The position numbers and the translations under genes were made by a program. This document shows positions 18,115 through 28,282 of a stretch of DNA of 64,000 bases, in pieces. Every line of letters begins with the position of its first letter. Position 1 is the stretch's first letter. The DNA is taken from UHGV virus genome UHGV-0200554; one strand, written 5' to 3'. The notes under the pieces were generated by a model. The model worked only from the letters and a program-made list of their open reading frames with translations, had not been told where the DNA came from and did not search any database. The DNA comes from a virus.

Positions 18115-18600
18115 TCAATCAACCTTGTGCCAGATACCATCTTTCTTAACATAAAAGCACTGATTATCAGAGCCACGGAAAGGTTTCTTTGTTGGCAGGT
18201 CTTTCTCATATCTGCCATCGATAAGCATGTCAGCAAGGCATTCTACCTGGGCACGTACCCAAATCGGTAGTTCTTCCAATACGTAGCCAGTATACACTAA
18301 AATGGTCTTCTTGTCACCAAATTTTTTGCGGATTTCTCGCATTACTGAAAGAATGCCTTCCACGTTATAAGGTGCAAGAGGTTCACCACCGAGGAAACTG
18401 ATTCCGTCGATGTAGTTATTATCCAGATCTTGAAGTATTTTGTCAAGATGTTTTTCTGAAAATGGTGTACCTTTATCTGGGTCGAAATAGGAAGCGTTAA
18501 AACACCCCTTGCAGTGATGTATGCAACCAGACACCCACACAGCAACCCTGATACCTGGCCCCTCTGTATAAGAGGCCGAATCATAACCAACTATGTTCAT
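18115..18600 (-). CDS. nrdG: anaerobic ribonucleotide reductase activating protein (radical SAM)
   Basis: CxxxCxxC-type cluster (GCIHHCKGC); GGAGG RBS before internal Met; adjacent to nrdD. Confidence 0.8.
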   Translation of the reverse strand: MNIVGYDSASYTEGPGIRVAVWVSGCIHHCKGCFNASYFDPDKGTPFSEKHLDKILQDLDNNYIDGISFLGGEPLAPYNVEGILSVMREIRKKFGDKKTILVYTGYVLEELPIWVRAQVECLADMLIDGRYEKDLPTKKPFRGSDNQCFYVKKDGIWHKVD

Positions 18601-18658
18601 CTTCCTCCCTCCAAAAAGATGCACATCCTTGTGCATCATTAGTAAATTACTCATCATC

Positions 18659-20794
18659 TCACAACATGCAGTGATCACCGCCTACATGTTTAACCCTCTC
18701 TATAACTTCCTGCTGTTTACCAACGTTGAACGGACGAGCGTTTGGTGCACTCAAGTAACCAGATACACGCCGGATTACAGAGAGTGTTGCAGGATCATGG
18801 TTACCACATTCTGGGCATTCGAAACCTTTTGCTGTTGCCTTAGCTTCGCCTTTAAAGCCACATTTCATACAAAAATCAACAGGTTGGTTTACCCCGTAGT
18901 ACATAATATGCTTGTAACCAAAATCAATAAGGGCTTCTAAAGCACCGAGGTTATTTCTCAGGTTTGGTGTCTCAATGTAACCAATGTTACCTCCGTTGGA
19001 GATCGTGGCAAAACCTTCCTCGTATAACCATTTGTCAAAAGGTGTTGTATATAACCACACAGGTTGGTGGAAGCTGTTAGTCAGGTATTCACGTTCATGT
19101 TCCAGCACCCCAGGATACGCTCTGTCTAAGCAAGTAGCTGATTTATAGCATAAACTTTCGCTCGGCGTGCCGTACAAGCTAAAACCTAATCTGCTGCGTT
19201 CTTTGAACTCAACGCATTTATCCTTCATGTGCTGGAGGATACCCAGAGCAAGGTTTTTGTCGCCTTCCCTACCGAGGATTTGGCATGTTTCATAAACACC
19301 AATGTAGCCGATACTAATCGAAGCATAGCCATCAAAAAACAAACTGTCTATGGTTTCTTCGGGGTCAAGACGGGCAAGAACACCCTCACACCACATGATC
19401 GGGTTCTGCCCCGCTTTTGTCCCTTTCAGGCGGTTGACACGAACCATGTGGGCATCGTATGCCAGTTCAAGATATTCATCAAGAACAGCGTAGAAGTCCG
19501 TACCCTCTGTCTTAGCTTTCGCTGCAATCATAGGCAGGTTAAGGCTAACAACACCTAGATTGAAGCGCCCCAGATATTTCTCTTCACCTGTTTGTTGGTC
19601 GATATATTTAGAGAGGTAGCTTCTACATCCCATGCTTGTAACATCACCAGCAGTAGAACCTGTAACTTTTCTGTTCAAAGGCACAGAAACAAAGTCTGGG
19701 TAAATTCGTTCTGCTGAGCATTCCAAAGCCAGGCGTTTCAGGTCATAATTTGGGTCACCTGGGTTAAGGTTCACACCTTCTTCAAGGAAGAACAAAACTT
19801 TAGGGAATACCGGGGTTATATGATCCTCCCCAATACCACCTTTGTGAACCATAAGATAGTTTTTAGTAATCATCCTCCCAAATTTAGAAGTATCTAGACC
19901 TAAACTGATAGTCAAAAACGGAGTTTGGCCGTTGGTGCTGGTTAATGTGTTGATTTGATAGAGAAAACATTGCATACTATCGTACACATCTTTCTCTGTC
20001 ATTTCATCGGCGACGCTTTCCGGCAAACCGTGTTTTTTACAGAAAGATAAGTTTTTATTATGTGTTTTTTCTACATAAGGTACAAGATAGCGGTCTATGT
20101 GGCTGTACGTCTGCCCACCATATTGCCCACCAGAAACAGCAGCTGAAATTTGTGAAAGAACTGTTGCAGCTACATTAATAGAATTGGGTGTTCCTATAGT
20201 TGCGTTACCTATTGTAAATCCATGCTCCAGCATGTCTGGGTAATTTACAAGACAACAGTTTGTTAATGAACTGATAATATAGTCAAGATCGTGCACATGT
20301 ATAAAACCATCGGTATGTGCCTTCGAAATATGTTCCGGTAGGATCTGTGTCACAGCTAAGTGCTTGCTTAGAATCCCAGCCAGTAAATCACGATGAGTGT
20401 GCACATGCTTGGTGGGTTTGTTAGCATTCTCCTTGGTGAATTCATCACAGGATTGGTCAAGGAAACCATTAACATCTGCCAGTAGTTTACCACCAGCTTC
20501 ACGATTGTTGTCACGGGTTTTACGGTACTCAATGTAAGCACGGGCAGCATCCAGATAACCATAGCGCATCAAAGCGTTTTCCACCATTGTGTGGATTTCA
20601 GGTACTGTAATCTCCTCTTCATGCTGAGCATAACTTTCCAGCTCAGAAACAATCTCGTCAGCAACAAAGTGTGCTGCATGGAACGCTCTTACCACATCAG
20701 CCCCAGATGCCTCCAGGGCTTTTTGTGCAGCTACCACTATTTTACGAGCATCAAAAGGTTCTGTTGTCAGATCTCTCTTGATTACGTTTAACAC
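18659..20794 (-). CDS. nrdD: anaerobic ribonucleoside-triphosphate reductase (glycyl radical enzyme)
   Basis: 711 aa; C-terminal glycyl-radical motif RVSGYLS and CxxC...CxxC zinc ribbon; GTG start with GAGGAG RBS. Confidence 0.85.
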   Translation of the reverse strand: MLNVIKRDLTTEPFDARKIVVAAQKALEASGADVVRAFHAAHFVADEIVSELESYAQHEEEITVPEIHTMVENALMRYGYLDAARAYIEYRKTRDNNREAGGKLLADVNGFLDQSCDEFTKENANKPTKHVHTHRDLLAGILSKHLAVTQILPEHISKAHTDGFIHVHDLDYIISSLTNCCLVNYPDMLEHGFTIGNATIGTPNSINVAATVLSQISAAVSGGQYGGQTYSHIDRYLVPYVEKTHNKNLSFCKKHGLPESVADEMTEKDVYDSMQCFLYQINTLTSTNGQTPFLTISLGLDTSKFGRMITKNYLMVHKGGIGEDHITPVFPKVLFFLEEGVNLNPGDPNYDLKRLALECSAERIYPDFVSVPLNRKVTGSTAGDVTSMGCRSYLSKYIDQQTGEEKYLGRFNLGVVSLNLPMIAAKAKTEGTDFYAVLDEYLELAYDAHMVRVNRLKGTKAGQNPIMWCEGVLARLDPEETIDSLFFDGYASISIGYIGVYETCQILGREGDKNLALGILQHMKDKCVEFKERSRLGFSLYGTPSESLCYKSATCLDRAYPGVLEHEREYLTNSFHQPVWLYTTPFDKWLYEEGFATISNGGNIGYIETPNLRNNLGALEALIDFGYKHIMYYGVNQPVDFCMKCGFKGEAKATAKGFECPECGNHDPATLSVIRRVSGYLSAPNARPFNVGKQQEVIERVKHVGGDHCML

Positions 20795-20816
20795 AGCAAA
20801 ACTCCTCTAATTTTTA

Positions 20817-21137
20817 TCATTGATAATCTTTTGGATCACCAATGCCGAACTCTTTTTCAGCAATATCTACATCGGTGTCCCGTATTTGAGCTTCCATCTC
20901 TTGTCTGTCAAGTTCTTCCATTATGTTGATGACTTTTCCTTTAAATTCATCAAAATAAACATCATCGCGTAGTCGGTTATCATCTGTGAGGCCATTGAAC
21001 CACAACCATCCAACATATTCTGCACGACTACCAAAACCTCTTTCTTCCCATTTTTTACTCATTTTGCCCTCTGTATTATGCTTCAAGTCCAAACAATTTT
21101 TCAAGACGTTTGAAATCGTCAATGTCGAAAGGTTCAT
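20817..21137 (-). CDS. hypothetical protein (106 aa)
   Basis: ORF. Confidence 0.4.
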   Translation of the reverse strand: MNLSTLTISNVLKNCLDLKHNTEGKMSKKWEERGFGSRAEYVGWLWFNGLTDDNRLRDDVYFDEFKGKVINIMEELDRQEMEAQIRDTDVDIAEKEFGIGDPKDYQ

Positions 21138-21540
21138 CTTCGCCTATAGACATTTGTTGCTCTTTGTCCTGGCGTTTTGTGTACTTACGAACGTTCACGC
21201 GGTCTTCAACCGGAATATCATACGGCAGATCAGAAACCAGTAATGCATCTTCCGGTACTTCTTCTACGTCAAGAATATCCACACCATGATAAATTTCTGG
21301 ATACAGGAAATCTTTCCGCATTGTGCCAGCGAAGATATCTGCTTTACGATAATGTGTGGTTTTGTTTTTACAACGGACGTTCTTGCCTTTCATCACATCT
21401 ATGTTCTTGAGGTCAAAACCTACAGCATAGAGTGCAGCCCGTAGCCCGTTTCTTGTCTTAAGATTAACACCTGGCAACTGTGCCAGAAAATCAAGGGTCA
21501 CAGAGATAAATACTTTCTTAGGTGTCATCATATCGCTCAT
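21076..21540 (-). CDS. hypothetical protein (154 aa)
   Basis: ORF. Confidence 0.45.
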   Translation of the reverse strand: MSDMMTPKKVFISVTLDFLAQLPGVNLKTRNGLRAALYAVGFDLKNIDVMKGKNVRCKNKTTHYRKADIFAGTMRKDFLYPEIYHGVDILDVEEVPEDALLVSDLPYDIPVEDRVNVRKYTKRQDKEQQMSIGEDEPFDIDDFKRLEKLFGLEA

Positions 21541-21646
21541 TTCTGTCTCTCCTTGAAGCCGTCCTTTGGGCGAGACGAACTTCTATTTTACACTATATCT
21601 TGCGGTTGATCAATTACAAATTATCTATCGTTGGGCAAGGTTTTGC

Positions 21647-21853
21647 CTATCGGCACCTCCTTACCCTAAGATGATACTCTTTCTCTTTTGCTATGTCAAT
21701 GTCTGCTTTAAACACCAAGTAACGATTGAGCATTTCTTGACACATATCGTGATTGATCCTGTTGGCAAAGACCAACTTTCCGTCCTTATCCTGCACTTCC
21801 AGCCAGTCACCTTCATGCACTACAGGATCACCACCTTTAGCACACCGACTCAT
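21647..21853 (-). CDS. hypothetical protein (68 aa)
   Basis: ORF. Confidence 0.35.
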   Translation of the reverse strand: MSRCAKGGDPVVHEGDWLEVQDKDGKLVFANRINHDMCQEMLNRYLVFKADIDIAKEKEYHLRVRRCR

Positions 21854-21855
21854 GG

Positions 21856-22458
21856 CTACTCCAGAATAGTATCCATGAAGTCTTCGATATCATACCAGTC
21901 ATCTGCCAAGCAGTCAACCGGATTAGTCAGCTCATAGAACTGTTCGTACGGAGTTTTCATTTTAATCAGGATCGTTTTAGCTGGATCAAACTGATTAAAG
22001 AACTCATTACGGTCGTCTATCATCACATCACAATTGATGTTACCTTTGAAATGTGTAGCATAGAAACCGTGGCCCTGTGAGTGATCATCAAGGTCCATGA
22101 AATCTTGAGTCCAACGCTTCAGGAAGCGAACTTTTGAAGCCTGATGGCCTTTGTGGCACATTGAGATAAACGCAATCTGATGACCCTGTTTAACCCATTT
22201 CTTAAGAACATCCATTGCATGACCATACGGACGAAGACGATCATACAAGTATGGATCCTCCCAGAAATCTTTAGGTTTCAGCATATGCTTACTCGGTTCA
22301 GGGAAGTATTTACCCAGGTCGTAGAACAATCTACCATTCTTAGGATGCTCTTCTGGCAGAGTGAAATCACCATTCACTCTGTACATCGCTTCCATCCAGT
22401 TCCACCATGCACTATCTGTAGGAACAAGTGTGAGATCAACATCAACGCCGATTAACAT
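21856..22458 (-). CDS. HAD-superfamily phosphatase, possibly 5'(3')-deoxyribonucleotidase-like
   Basis: N-terminal DVDLT (DxDxT) and later IDD motif. Confidence 0.5.
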   Translation of the reverse strand: MLIGVDVDLTLVPTDSAWWNWMEAMYRVNGDFTLPEEHPKNGRLFYDLGKYFPEPSKHMLKPKDFWEDPYLYDRLRPYGHAMDVLKKWVKQGHQIAFISMCHKGHQASKVRFLKRWTQDFMDLDDHSQGHGFYATHFKGNINCDVMIDDRNEFFNQFDPAKTILIKMKTPYEQFYELTNPVDCLADDWYDIEDFMDTILE

Positions 22459-22462
22459 ACTG

Positions 22463-23521
22463 CTACTCCTTTAAACTGTACACCCAGGGTTTAAGTATCG
22501 TTTTTTCTATCTCTTTTACAGCTTCCTTGACACTACCGTTGTTACTTACAGTATAGTGCTCGGCACAGGTATTTGTCAAGGGTTTTCGTGAATCGTTTTC
22601 CCAGGTACAACCTTGTCTTTCGAGATGTATAACAATAACTCTGAACCCCGCGTCTATAAGGACCTGCGCCTCTTCTTCAAAACCTGAATCAGAGCACAAC
22701 ACCAGGTTGCACTTATCTAAACGTATAGAGTTAAGGGTAAACCTACCGAACCAATCTTTTCCGTATTTTGGTTTAACATACTCCTCACTTAAGAACTTGA
22801 ACCACTCCCTGTTGGTATATAATTTACCACAAAACTCTATGTGTGGGATCCTCTCTTTGAAATCCCTGTTGTCATAAAAAGTTTCAAGCCTTTTATACAT
22901 TTCCTTAGACAACAGTTTGCGGCTCCAGTACCATAAACCTGATTTAAAACTGGCCTTGAAATGGTGCAGCCTGAATGCGTTACATATAAAATCCTTGCCA
23001 GAGCCTGGAGGTCCATTTAGCAATACGACGGTTTTTATCTTAAGAGCATCCTCTGCAAAATCTCTAGCAAAAGCGGCTTCCTCAAAAGTATCATAGTTCC
23101 CTAGAAATATAGACCTGTTGCTGCCGTCACCTATTCTAGCACACCATTTGCTATTATGTTTGCTAAAAGTTACTCCAGTTTTACCGCTTGTGTTGTTCGA
23201 ATACTTATTGCACCGTTTAGCAGCGCTGTTGTTAAATGTTTTACTCGTGCATTCAAGATTCCACACATAGTCCCCTACGTGGACTCCGTGCTTGTGGTTT
23301 ATTACCATATCTTCTGACAAGGGATAGTAAAACATTTCCCAGATAATCCTATGCCTTTTATATCTTTTACCATTGTACCAAATTCTCCAGTAACCCTTTT
23401 TTCCCTCTGGGCCTCCTGCAAGATCACCTGCGTTATGACTAAACCTCCCTTTTTTTCCTTCAGTTGCCTCTTTCCAGTACAGCTTGCCTTTATCATATGT
23501 GAAAATATTATTCCAATCCAT
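22463..23521 (-). CDS. in-frame fusion: N-terminal HNH-AP2 homing-endonuclease-like domain + C-terminal T4 gp1-like deoxynucleoside monophosphate kinase
   Basis: N-terminal HNH-type His/Asn pattern and AP2 motif (YDTFEEAAFARDF); C-terminal P-loop LLNGPPGSGKD and gp1-like VIVIHLERQG...NNGSVKEA; no ATG/RBS at junction. Confidence 0.6.
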   Translation of the reverse strand: MDWNNIFTYDKGKLYWKEATEGKKGRFSHNAGDLAGGPEGKKGYWRIWYNGKRYKRHRIIWEMFYYPLSEDMVINHKHGVHVGDYVWNLECTSKTFNNSAAKRCNKYSNNTSGKTGVTFSKHNSKWCARIGDGSNRSIFLGNYDTFEEAAFARDFAEDALKIKTVVLLNGPPGSGKDFICNAFRLHHFKASFKSGLWYWSRKLLSKEMYKRLETFYDNRDFKERIPHIEFCGKLYTNREWFKFLSEEYVKPKYGKDWFGRFTLNSIRLDKCNLVLCSDSGFEEEAQVLIDAGFRVIVIHLERQGCTWENDSRKPLTNTCAEHYTVSNNGSVKEAVKEIEKTILKPWVYSLKE

Positions 23522-23704
23522 AATAATCTCCTACTGTTGAACAACACCAAACCACGATGCTGGAAACATACCGAGGTATCTGTTCATACCGTGTGGGAGA
23601 TATACCAGCACATCGCAACCGACCTGCTCAACCAGGTAGACACAACCGATCTGCAAAGTTTTATCAGCATCTTCTTTGAGGCATTTTGCTTTTAACATTA
23701 TCCA

Positions 23705-23730
23705 CTCCTGAGGGGCCGAAGCCCCTCCAG
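23705..23730 (-). terminator. GC hairpin (GGGGCC-loop-GGCCCC), possible terminator
   Basis: Perfect hairpin; weak T-tract. Confidence 0.35.
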
Positions 23731-23736
23731 CTTCTG

Positions 23737-24720
23737 TTAGATGATCTGAATTAATGTTTCTTTCATTTCTTCGCGTGTACGGATGTTGCGACGATCACGA
23801 GCGATTGAACCACAGTCATCACAGCGATACACCTCGAACTTACTTACCTGGGTGTAAGCATGAACACCATCTTGCTTGGTCAGGTGTACACCACCACAGC
23901 GTGGGCAACGCAGAACAGGTTCTTCGTCCTGATAATACAGCGACATGTTCGGATGCTGTTTTGCAAACGGACGTGCAAGCAGGTATAAACCTTCCAAAGA
24001 GAGGATATCTCCTACATTATATTCACGCATTTTAGCAAATGCATTCAAGTCCCCATGCACACAGGATACCCACATTTGGAACGTGTGGTCCATAAGTTTT
24101 TGATTTTCAAGTTGAAAATACTTACAGGCATACTCCAACGTATTCGCATTTAAGTGGAATGCTTTCTTAATCATCTTCAAAGTATCCACTTCTTTATACG
24201 GAGATACTGGTGGCATATTGTGAAACGCGAACCGCATGTTGCTCCAGTTATCATCAAAAGGGGCGTTATGGGCTATTGCTATATCGCAAGTATCCAAGTA
24301 ATACCACAAATCTTCAATCAAATCATGGTCGTTGTGGATATCCTGTTGCCACATAGGGTAGTCAGGTAGACCACAGTCAACAACGGTTGGGCTATCGAGC
24401 CATTTACCAGCAAACGTCAGCATGTATGGGAAAATTTCAATCCCAGCAGGTTGGATGTTGGTTTTATAATGACCAAAAAACCACCCACAGGTTGGAGAGG
24501 TTTCTGTATCATATATCCAGATTTTAGCACCACGGTTCTCTTCCATGAAACGCTCAGCAGCTTCGCCAGCAATCTCATTGAAGTTAGCCTGGGCTTTTTT
24601 CAGCTGTAGACGAACCCAACTTTCACGGGATTCTTTACCTAATAACTCACGAGCTATCTGCCTATTGGTCCAACCCTGAGTCTTAAGCTCTACGATTTTT
24701 TCTACTGTTAAATCAGCCAT
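23737..24720 (-). CDS. DnaQ-like (DEDDy) 3'-5' exonuclease with N-terminal HTH and C-terminal zinc ribbon
   Basis: Exo I IYDTETS, Exo II IAHNAPFD, Exo III YNVGD; CPRCG...CDDCG. Confidence 0.6.
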   Translation of the reverse strand: MADLTVEKIVELKTQGWTNRQIARELLGKESRESWVRLQLKKAQANFNEIAGEAAERFMEENRGAKIWIYDTETSPTCGWFFGHYKTNIQPAGIEIFPYMLTFAGKWLDSPTVVDCGLPDYPMWQQDIHNDHDLIEDLWYYLDTCDIAIAHNAPFDDNWSNMRFAFHNMPPVSPYKEVDTLKMIKKAFHLNANTLEYACKYFQLENQKLMDHTFQMWVSCVHGDLNAFAKMREYNVGDILSLEGLYLLARPFAKQHPNMSLYYQDEEPVLRCPRCGGVHLTKQDGVHAYTQVSKFEVYRCDDCGSIARDRRNIRTREEMKETLIQII

Positions 24721-24730
24721 TTCATTATCC

Positions 24731-24961
24731 TTAGTAGAATCGTACGATATCCTGAACTTTGAAGTCTCGATACTCGCCTTTCTCTATGTCAAAAGCGTGC
24801 ATCAGATAACAATCTTCAGGATGCCATTCTGTATGTCCGAACCAGATCTGTGGCTCTGTGACTATCCGATCAGAGTATTTACCTTTGTAGTTACGATAAA
24901 GAAATCTTAGTACAACTGCTTCACATGGTTTAAACACGGGTTTCTCTCTGATCTCCGACAT
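24731..24961 (-). CDS. hypothetical protein (76 aa)
   Basis: ORF. Confidence 0.4.
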   Translation of the reverse strand: MSEIREKPVFKPCEAVVLRFLYRNYKGKYSDRIVTEPQIWFGHTEWHPEDCYLMHAFDIEKGEYRDFKVQDIVRFY

Positions 24962-25511
24962 AAAAGTCTCTCTCCTCTGTGTACTTAATAAATTCCTGCA
25001 TGTAAGCCTCTATGGCTTCATGTTTGGTTAAGCCTTCAGGTATGTCCAGATTAAGGTCTTTCTTCGCTCTGGCGATGATTGTGGCCTTAGAACAGCGCCT
25101 TAGGAACTTAGTCATGTCATCTCTGTAATTTTTGTGGAACGGGAGATCACTATAGTCATTTTCAAGATAGTCAGCCATCCGGCGCAACGCCTCTGATAGA
25201 CTGCAATCTGTGTACTCTGCAACGTATTTCATCCAGTATTTCGTGATATACCCCTCCCAGGTATTCACACACTGTGATAAAACACCTCTACAGTGTCCGT
25301 CTGCATGGTCATGGTCGAGTACTGGTTTGCGAAGTGGCTCGCCAAGTACAGGATCCAGACCACCCTGTTCCTCAGACATTTCTTCACGTAAAGCTGCAAT
25401 TTCTTTTGAATCCTTTAACCACTTGCGCGTTACAGGTGCTTTCACAGCCTTGCGTCTCGCTTTTACCTTGCGCTTCCTGATATCCCCTCCCACCAACAAT
25501 AACCTATCCAC
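24930..25511 (-). CDS. endonuclease VII-like HNH nuclease (junction-resolving or homing type)
   Basis: DHDHADGHCRGVLSQCVN matches endo VII signature. Confidence 0.6.
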   Translation of the reverse strand: MDRLLLVGGDIRKRKVKARRKAVKAPVTRKWLKDSKEIAALREEMSEEQGGLDPVLGEPLRKPVLDHDHADGHCRGVLSQCVNTWEGYITKYWMKYVAEYTDCSLSEALRRMADYLENDYSDLPFHKNYRDDMTKFLRRCSKATIIARAKKDLNLDIPEGLTKHEAIEAYMQEFIKYTEERDFYVGDQRETRV

Positions 25512-26080
25512 AAAGCATCTGCTACGTCAGCCTTACCCATAGTCAAGTTCATACCGTCAAGAAACCCAGGCCACTTCCTTTCAGCAGCAGCGATCATAAG
25601 TTTCTTGTCCATTTTCACTTGCTTCGTAATAGTATGCTCCTTGCCGGAACGTTTGTCAACCTTTATTTCTTCATAAAAGGCAAGTTCTGGTGGTAAAAAG
25701 CTATGAGCCTGCTTTTTAGCAGCCGTTACGTTCACTGTGTGGATTTTCGATATGTCTCCGAGCGTCTTCAACATGGTAAGCTCAATAGCATAGAACAGAC
25801 CTGCCAAATCCTTGCCAGCGTTACCACGGGCAAGGTTGAAAGGCAAGTCTTCCATCACAAAGTGGTCTATCTTCCACTCTTCAGCGAGTGAGGCTATTTG
25901 TTCGCATAACCACTGTATACGTTCAACGGTAAAATGGGCTTGATAAGCCCCCTTTTTCACCTCTTTGGCACAACTGTCTGCTGTCTTAAAGACGGCTTTG
26001 TGTACCGGAACACCGTCCTGCCATATGCAACAGGCCGAATGTGTTAATGATTGGTCAACAGAAAGTAAAATCACTGTCAA
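25463..26080 (-). CDS. RuvC-like Holliday junction resolvase (putative)
   Basis: RNase-H-fold-like acidic residues (LSVDQS, FVMEDL, ADALWIG). Confidence 0.45.
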   Translation of the reverse strand: MTVILLSVDQSLTHSACCIWQDGVPVHKAVFKTADSCAKEVKKGAYQAHFTVERIQWLCEQIASLAEEWKIDHFVMEDLPFNLARGNAGKDLAGLFYAIELTMLKTLGDISKIHTVNVTAAKKQAHSFLPPELAFYEEIKVDKRSGKEHTITKQVKMDKKLMIAAAERKWPGFLDGMNLTMGKADVADALWIGYCWWEGISGSAR

Positions 26081-26084
26081 CTCC

Positions 26085-26522
26085 TTATACCACAGGATCG
26101 AAATCCCTCAGCAAATTGATAATTATTTTCATCTGATCTTCGTAGAATCGAGGGTGTACGGCCCCGTCATCATACAAATTCTTTCCCAGACCAATCTCAG
26201 ATTCTTCTGTGAGACAGAAGCCTTGTTGTGTAAGCACCATAGCACCTTTATTCACCAGGTGCTGAAAGGCCAGCACAATGTTGTTGGCAATCTTTGAACG
26301 ACTCCAACCCATCCGGTGGAGGATCGTCTCCAGAGGAATAAGTTGTGGATCTGGTTCTTTATATAGCTCCTCCTCCCGAAGCAGGATTTGAGGAAGATTG
26401 TAAGCCTGCTGCACTCTACACAGCAGGTCTACCCTCTGCTCTTCATCAAGTTCGAGGATATCAGAAGCCCCCTTCACAAATAGCAAAGCATCCTCAAGGC
26501 TCGCCATATCTTGTGGGTTCAT
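26085..26522 (-). CDS. hypothetical protein (145 aa)
   Basis: ORF. Confidence 0.45.
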   Translation of the reverse strand: MNPQDMASLEDALLFVKGASDILELDEEQRVDLLCRVQQAYNLPQILLREEELYKEPDPQLIPLETILHRMGWSRSKIANNIVLAFQHLVNKGAMVLTQQGFCLTEESEIGLGKNLYDDGAVHPRFYEDQMKIIINLLRDFDPVV

Positions 26523-26573
26523 ATCCCGCTCCTGTTTATTAGCCAGAGTGATGTATACGTGACTGACCGTCTT

Positions 26574-26846
26574 CTACTGGTCAACCAGCTTAACCATGCA
26601 GTGGCCTTCTTTCCACTTAGAAATCGACTTCTCACCGTTAGAATAGTAGACTTCCAGTTTAGCACGGTTATTTTTGATCTGTATGACTTTTGCTGTCTCC
26701 AGAGCACCATAACCGTAATACACTGCAACAGTATCACCTACGTACACTGCACTGCCACGGTAGTCATGGATGTAATCAGTACCTTCTGAAACCATACTAT
26801 CCACCTTATTCGAAGAAGTGAGTTCGAGGACAAGATCCTGCCTCAC
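26574..26846 (-). CDS. hypothetical protein (90 aa)
   Basis: ORF. Confidence 0.4.
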   Translation of the reverse strand: MRQDLVLELTSSNKVDSMVSEGTDYIHDYRGSAVYVGDTVAVYYGYGALETAKVIQIKNNRAKLEVYYSNGEKSISKWKEGHCMVKLVDQ

Positions 26847-27009
26847 CTTGTTTCACCAGCTCGTACACTTCGCCTTGGCTCGTTTCATAGATACAAACTT
26901 TCTGCCCGTTGCCACGATAAGTGTCCACAAGGTAAGCTGTGTCACCTGCCAATGCAAAACCTGAAGCAAACACCACAGCAGAAATAAAGACAGCCCACAG
27001 TGTTTTCAT
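26806..27009 (-). CDS. small secreted/periplasmic protein with signal peptide (67 aa)
   Basis: N-terminal MKTLWAVFISAVVFASGFALA; next to endolysin. Confidence 0.4.
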   Translation of the reverse strand: MKTLWAVFISAVVFASGFALAGDTAYLVDTYRGNGQKVCIYETSQGEVYELVKQGEAGSCPRTHFFE

Positions 27010-27071
27010 AGTGCCCTCCTCCTTATCAACAAGTGAAGTATACCAGAAACAAAGCAGGCTGTCAAATAAAC

Positions 27072-27551
27072 TTAATCTGTAACCACACCTCCAGCATTAC
27101 GGAAAACCCTCAGCATTTTTTCAATATCCTCAACCCGCTGATCATAAAGTTTACCAGAACCTGGAGGTGGTGGGAAACTCGCCCAGCGGCTACGGCATTT
27201 ATAGATAGCTGAACGGATCCTCCCTTCATAAATGTCATCAAGGGCTTTACATTCACGGATCAGTTGTTTTGCTATAGCATCCTGACTTGCTGGGCCGAAA
27301 TCTCTTAAGCCGAGCTGTTTCATATAATGTTTGGCATATTTCTCCAAGATCTGATATCTGCCGAATGCTGATGACGTTAAGCCCGGACGTAGTTTGACAT
27401 AAATACCTGGGTGTTTACTAAGATCTTCTATATACCTCCCGCCACACAAGATGTGATACGAAGCAGCTTCGCTACCGTAACGGTCAGTTCCTTCACTGAA
27501 CGAAATCAACGAAAAAAATGCTCTCAATTGCTTATCCTTATTTAATTTCAT
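27072..27551 (-). CDS. endolysin, lambda R-family lytic transglycosylase
   Basis: Strong resemblance to lambda R: AFFSLISFSEGTD, GRYQILEKY, KQLGLRDFGPASQDA, WASFP. Confidence 0.85.
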   Translation of the reverse strand: MKLNKDKQLRAFFSLISFSEGTDRYGSEAASYHILCGGRYIEDLSKHPGIYVKLRPGLTSSAFGRYQILEKYAKHYMKQLGLRDFGPASQDAIAKQLIRECKALDDIYEGRIRSAIYKCRSRWASFPPPPGSGKLYDQRVEDIEKMLRVFRNAGGVVTD

Positions 27552-28273
27552 TTGAACCTCCGATTAAACCACTCTTCCAACAAACCGTTATGCTTTGCAT
27601 ACTCTGCGGATTTTCTGACACATACAGCATCCCACCACTCTGCATATTGCCCTAGGTGATACCTTTTACTATTTTCAGAAATCTGAACTTGCCACTTTTC
27701 AGCATCATGTCTCCATTTAACACCTGTGCACCCCGACGTGTTATTAAGTTTAAGTGTTCTGCCTTTGTAAGTACCTAAAATTAGCTGTTTTCTTGCCTCT
27801 ACAGCCTCGTCTTTGGTTCTAAAGTACCCAGCAAAAAGCGCCCCGCCTGTGATAGTGTTATATTCTGCATACCATAAACCGTTCTCACGTTTCTTATGAA
27901 CGCCTGCGTGACCGTGTAAATTATTTTTCTGTAGTAAATTATTTCTTATACGATCCTTGTTATTCTCACTATATGTTCCCATAGCAAGATTTTCTATATT
28001 ATCCTGACCTTTTATGTCATTTAAATGCCTGACAAGAAAGTTTTTTGTTAGGGAGTTATAAAACATATCATAAACTATTCTATGACGTTTCCTCTCACGA
28101 ACCTCCGAGGATTTAATACCGATGTACCCTTGCCTATCTTTACAACCCGCTTTTGTGCCAGCCTTTATAAAGAGTTGACTTTTGCCTCTACCTCTGTAAT
28201 GATTCTTTGTCCAAATTAGCTCCCCATCTTTGTACCAGAATGGGAAATTATCATTAAAGAAGAAATTAATCAT
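27548..28273 (-). CDS. HNH homing endonuclease with AP2 DNA-binding domain
   Basis: HNH core plus AP2 motif (YFRTKDEAVEARKQ). Confidence 0.65.
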   Translation of the reverse strand: MINFFFNDNFPFWYKDGELIWTKNHYRGRGKSQLFIKAGTKAGCKDRQGYIGIKSSEVRERKRHRIVYDMFYNSLTKNFLVRHLNDIKGQDNIENLAMGTYSENNKDRIRNNLLQKNNLHGHAGVHKKRENGLWYAEYNTITGGALFAGYFRTKDEAVEARKQLILGTYKGRTLKLNNTSGCTGVKWRHDAEKWQVQISENSKRYHLGQYAEWWDAVCVRKSAEYAKHNGLLEEWFNRRFK

Positions 28274-28282
28274 TTGTTCTCC

